Source: Bacteroidales bacterium (lineage in GTDB: Bacteria > Bacteroidota > Bacteroidia > Bacteroidales > UBA1715). Taken from it: 60,721 bases of DNA. The DNA lies in NCBI GenBank assembly GCA_027858745.1, contig JAQICB010000104.1, positions 1 to 60,721 on the forward strand, read 5' to 3'. The position numbers and the translations under genes were made by a program. Within the stretch, counting starts at the first letter, position 1. Each line of letters starts with the position of its first letter. Under the pieces are notes generated by a model. That model saw nothing but the letters and a program-made list of their open reading frames with translations, was not told where the DNA came from and searched no databases. Below, piece after piece: positions 60,401 to 60,721 of the stretch.

Positions 60401-60413
60401 CATTAAAAAATAG
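54417..60413 (+). CDS. ~2000-aa T9SS type A cargo surface protein / adhesin with Ig-like repeats and beta-helix-like regions
   Basis: Signal peptide ending SFA-AT; SGDW..TW module; Ig-like repeats; LPITL..W.T.SE.N...F...RS.DG..F domain; C-terminal DGKIV..SGIYVI..QKFIKK. Confidence 0.85.
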   Translation: MNNLFTYRFAFLHKCLSFVVVFLFVVGGSFAATFTSSQSGDWNNSATWGGAGVPGAGDDVVIGGNWWHDITVDLSEVECNNLTLQNGGELIVNSNTVIVNGNLVCSQWDYSITFTSGGVLKVAGNIDLQGVNDVGTIQGFHNSSLGTLELIGSSVQTINIVTSGHVIGALKQSASSSNNFSINGSGTLTCYTYDQNCNSVNLVNGDSQIIVGAGGTINTACYIPTITTSETTLSGFGYCEGAASSTSTSDLFTISGENLVGTGNITVTGSTNFEVSTDNSTFSASVTYAYASGVITAQPKTVYVRLKSSASTGSYNENITVSGGDADSKTVACSGSVDAQPVGGSVSGGTTICSGNTSETLTLASHTGTISKWQYSNDNFSSDVHDIAHTSTTYTSGALTETTYFRAIISNGICSDAQSSSTTVTVLSVPTGGTVSGGSTICEGETSGELSLSGHSGSVVKWQSSTDGGSTWSDIVNTNTTYTSGALTQNTDFHAVLTNGTCTSNSASATVSVDSEPVGGSISPASNTICESESTGTLTLSGQSGTIAEWQKSTDGGSTWPSIVNTSTTHSESLTESTDFRVVISNGVCADVYSSLSEITVVAAPTGGTVSGDAEKCEGETVTVTLSGHSDDVQKWQSSTDGGSTWSDIVNATTTYTSDALSQTTVYRAVLTNGTCTTNSATHTVTVNALPAISVHPSTAQQDECKNVAAAALSVTASGAGLTYQWYKNTSESNSGGTLISGAASSSYTPVTTTAGTLYYYCVVSGTCSPAATSDVSGAVITREIPTATASANTPLYENAILELYGGPSGMATYSWSGPNSFSSNERNPTDMSISSADAGDYTLTVMSLYGCSDDATVNVSISEATDFYYDGSGSIATLSNWGTNTDGSGTNPTDFTSDGQTFNIIHNSTTTPTLGAAWSVSGNGSKVVVGDGTNATNFTIPAAYSLTTGGTVDVDVKNNATLTITNASSPSLGYLASGSTVVYNGSGTQTVKGANYYNLSLDNTRGGVTVTLESGTISVSNTFTVSGLGTLDSDYVISATDNTFIFDGTGDQDIPAFQFNNLHTELGGTKTVTGNIIINNNLKIGAISTLNGGVDKTIELAGSSSVVTIIGRFTPGTGTVEYTSASDVTVGAMNYNNLNLSGGDRTLQSSNIIGVAGTFTPGAGSNTIDGSSISFNGSSAQDVPAFTFNNLIINNTSTGVTMLGNVSVAGMLTMTEGVLDVNSNILTITNTDANAVSDGSKSSYINGTLSRNIAANLSSASGTYKFPLGVSAEYYGFSINTLTTGASAPVVSVDVTVANPSGTTDVLLTGISNAEYWDVSYTGDLTSAKVTLTDSAGLGSHNAIGHAVSSGGEYTSIFGSVSGNSIINSEVTTFSSFQLATRSISTVTYVYDCTGDLDDNTSWIQDENANETIDGGEVSNPANFSIDDATWIIDCNVTLSSDLNISGFNTTLQINASNTLTVNDNVSLTLNGDLDLHGNIVTNEGSSIELYGSSSLAMGSSIDNTGALSFYEDVIISKASIVNRTLGTINVDNADFTFSAVAEYSPVTETQFVNYGYLEVVNGNFSVLNAVGDEFNSKIFVDFTNASGGYILVDNTLAPTKEVNFTNLVLDVDAVSLEAGSTFKVKHSDVDMALLASLSPNLSGHIIVEDGDLSVHESGGGTNFTVDLVEGGIFLSDTDDSGDGILNLGESGGAMTFNVEGTVYAEGIAVDDVLGGGNSINVKDGGAMFVGNIGASLPDSYTYNLTVEDGGTLNYCGNKTASGDDVGTVDVGGTLNYAESYYTTQTPDSQSDFDVSGSEIALYNSAEECLAAFDAGVSGDNLLPITLTMLYAECGNGGVIIHWQTVSEENNSHFTLYRSFDGINFEEIAVVLGAGISNEIINYEYTDNPERDGLVYYILEQTDFDGTTTQSKIIMIHTCQDKNENIFRISPDEIVVDFVNPYEVNYVVITSVDGKIVYTRQYAGKKQAVIPNRFTSGIYVITNYTQSFITSQKFIKK
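55435..56480 (+). repeat. Four intragenic ~87-aa Ig-like repeats
   Basis: P(V/T)GG(S/T)(V/I)S....C......L.L..H(S/T)G....WQ.S.D..S.W..I.NT.......LT..T.FR....NG.C repeated four times; boundaries approximate. Confidence 0.8.
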
Positions 60414-60425
60414 GTTTTAATTATT

Positions 60426-60721
60426 AACCTGAGTTCGACGTAATTTTTCGAGTTCAGATTAGCTCCGCTGAGCTCGTCCTTTGTCCTCGGTTGATATAAA
60501 AAGTTGTTTATCAAGGCAAATTATTGAATAATAGCGAGCTATTGTGAAATAATTTAACGCAGAAAAACTGTTTTTTATGCAAAGCATACTTTTTACGCTT
60601 ATAAACAGCAATCTTCAGCTCAAAAATAATTTAAAATAAGCCGTTATTATTTCATTATTTTTGATTGAACCTCACTATTTATAAGCGTTCTGAACCTAAA
60701 AAATTATATCGAACTCAGGTT
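60426..60721. mobile_element. 296-bp MITE-like non-autonomous element with 33-bp imperfect terminal inverted repeats
   Basis: Left end AACCTGAGTTCGAcgTAATTTTTcgaGTTCAGA; reverse complement of right end AACCTGAGTTCGAtaTAATTTTTtagGTTCAGA; no ORF inside. Confidence 0.75.

Overview
AT-rich Bacteroidota (Bacteroidales-like) chromosomal window with two parts. (1) Positions 1-~28330 are the right-hand portion of a genomic island inserted at the 3' end of a minus-strand tRNA-Arg(TCT) (28327-28403). The island carries a large serine recombinase whose ORF reads antisense through the tRNA, an AbiEi/AbiEii type IV toxin-antitoxin pair with an inverted-repeat operator, and a tightly packed 12-gene, 23.7 kb minus-strand operon. 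In transcription order the operon encodes: a GH108 muramidase, two small unknown proteins (one Cas2/VapD/GhoS-like), a holin, a 1471-aa protein (four peptidoglycan-binding repeats plus a lytic-transglycosylase-like C-terminus) coupled to a signal-peptide protein, two giant signal-less proteins (2082 and 1733 aa), a phage tail-fibre/tailspike-like protein, a DUF6734-like DxD protein, a T9SS-exported LRR protein and an alpha/beta hydrolase. No capsid, terminase, portal, tube, sheath, VgrG or RHS gene is recognisable. I read the operon as a candidate lysis-released (holin/endolysin, T10SS-like) toxin-delivery complex; this is inference from architecture. (2) Positions 28.6-60.4 kb are ordinary core genome (purM, purA, relA/spoT, M16 peptidase pair, ackA-pta, phosphoglucomutase, tex, TatD, LptF, glycosyltransferases, ribBA, mannose-6-phosphate isomerase, two T9SS cargo proteins). 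The window ends exactly at a 296-bp MITE-like element. All family assignments come from motifs recognised by eye; no database search was run.
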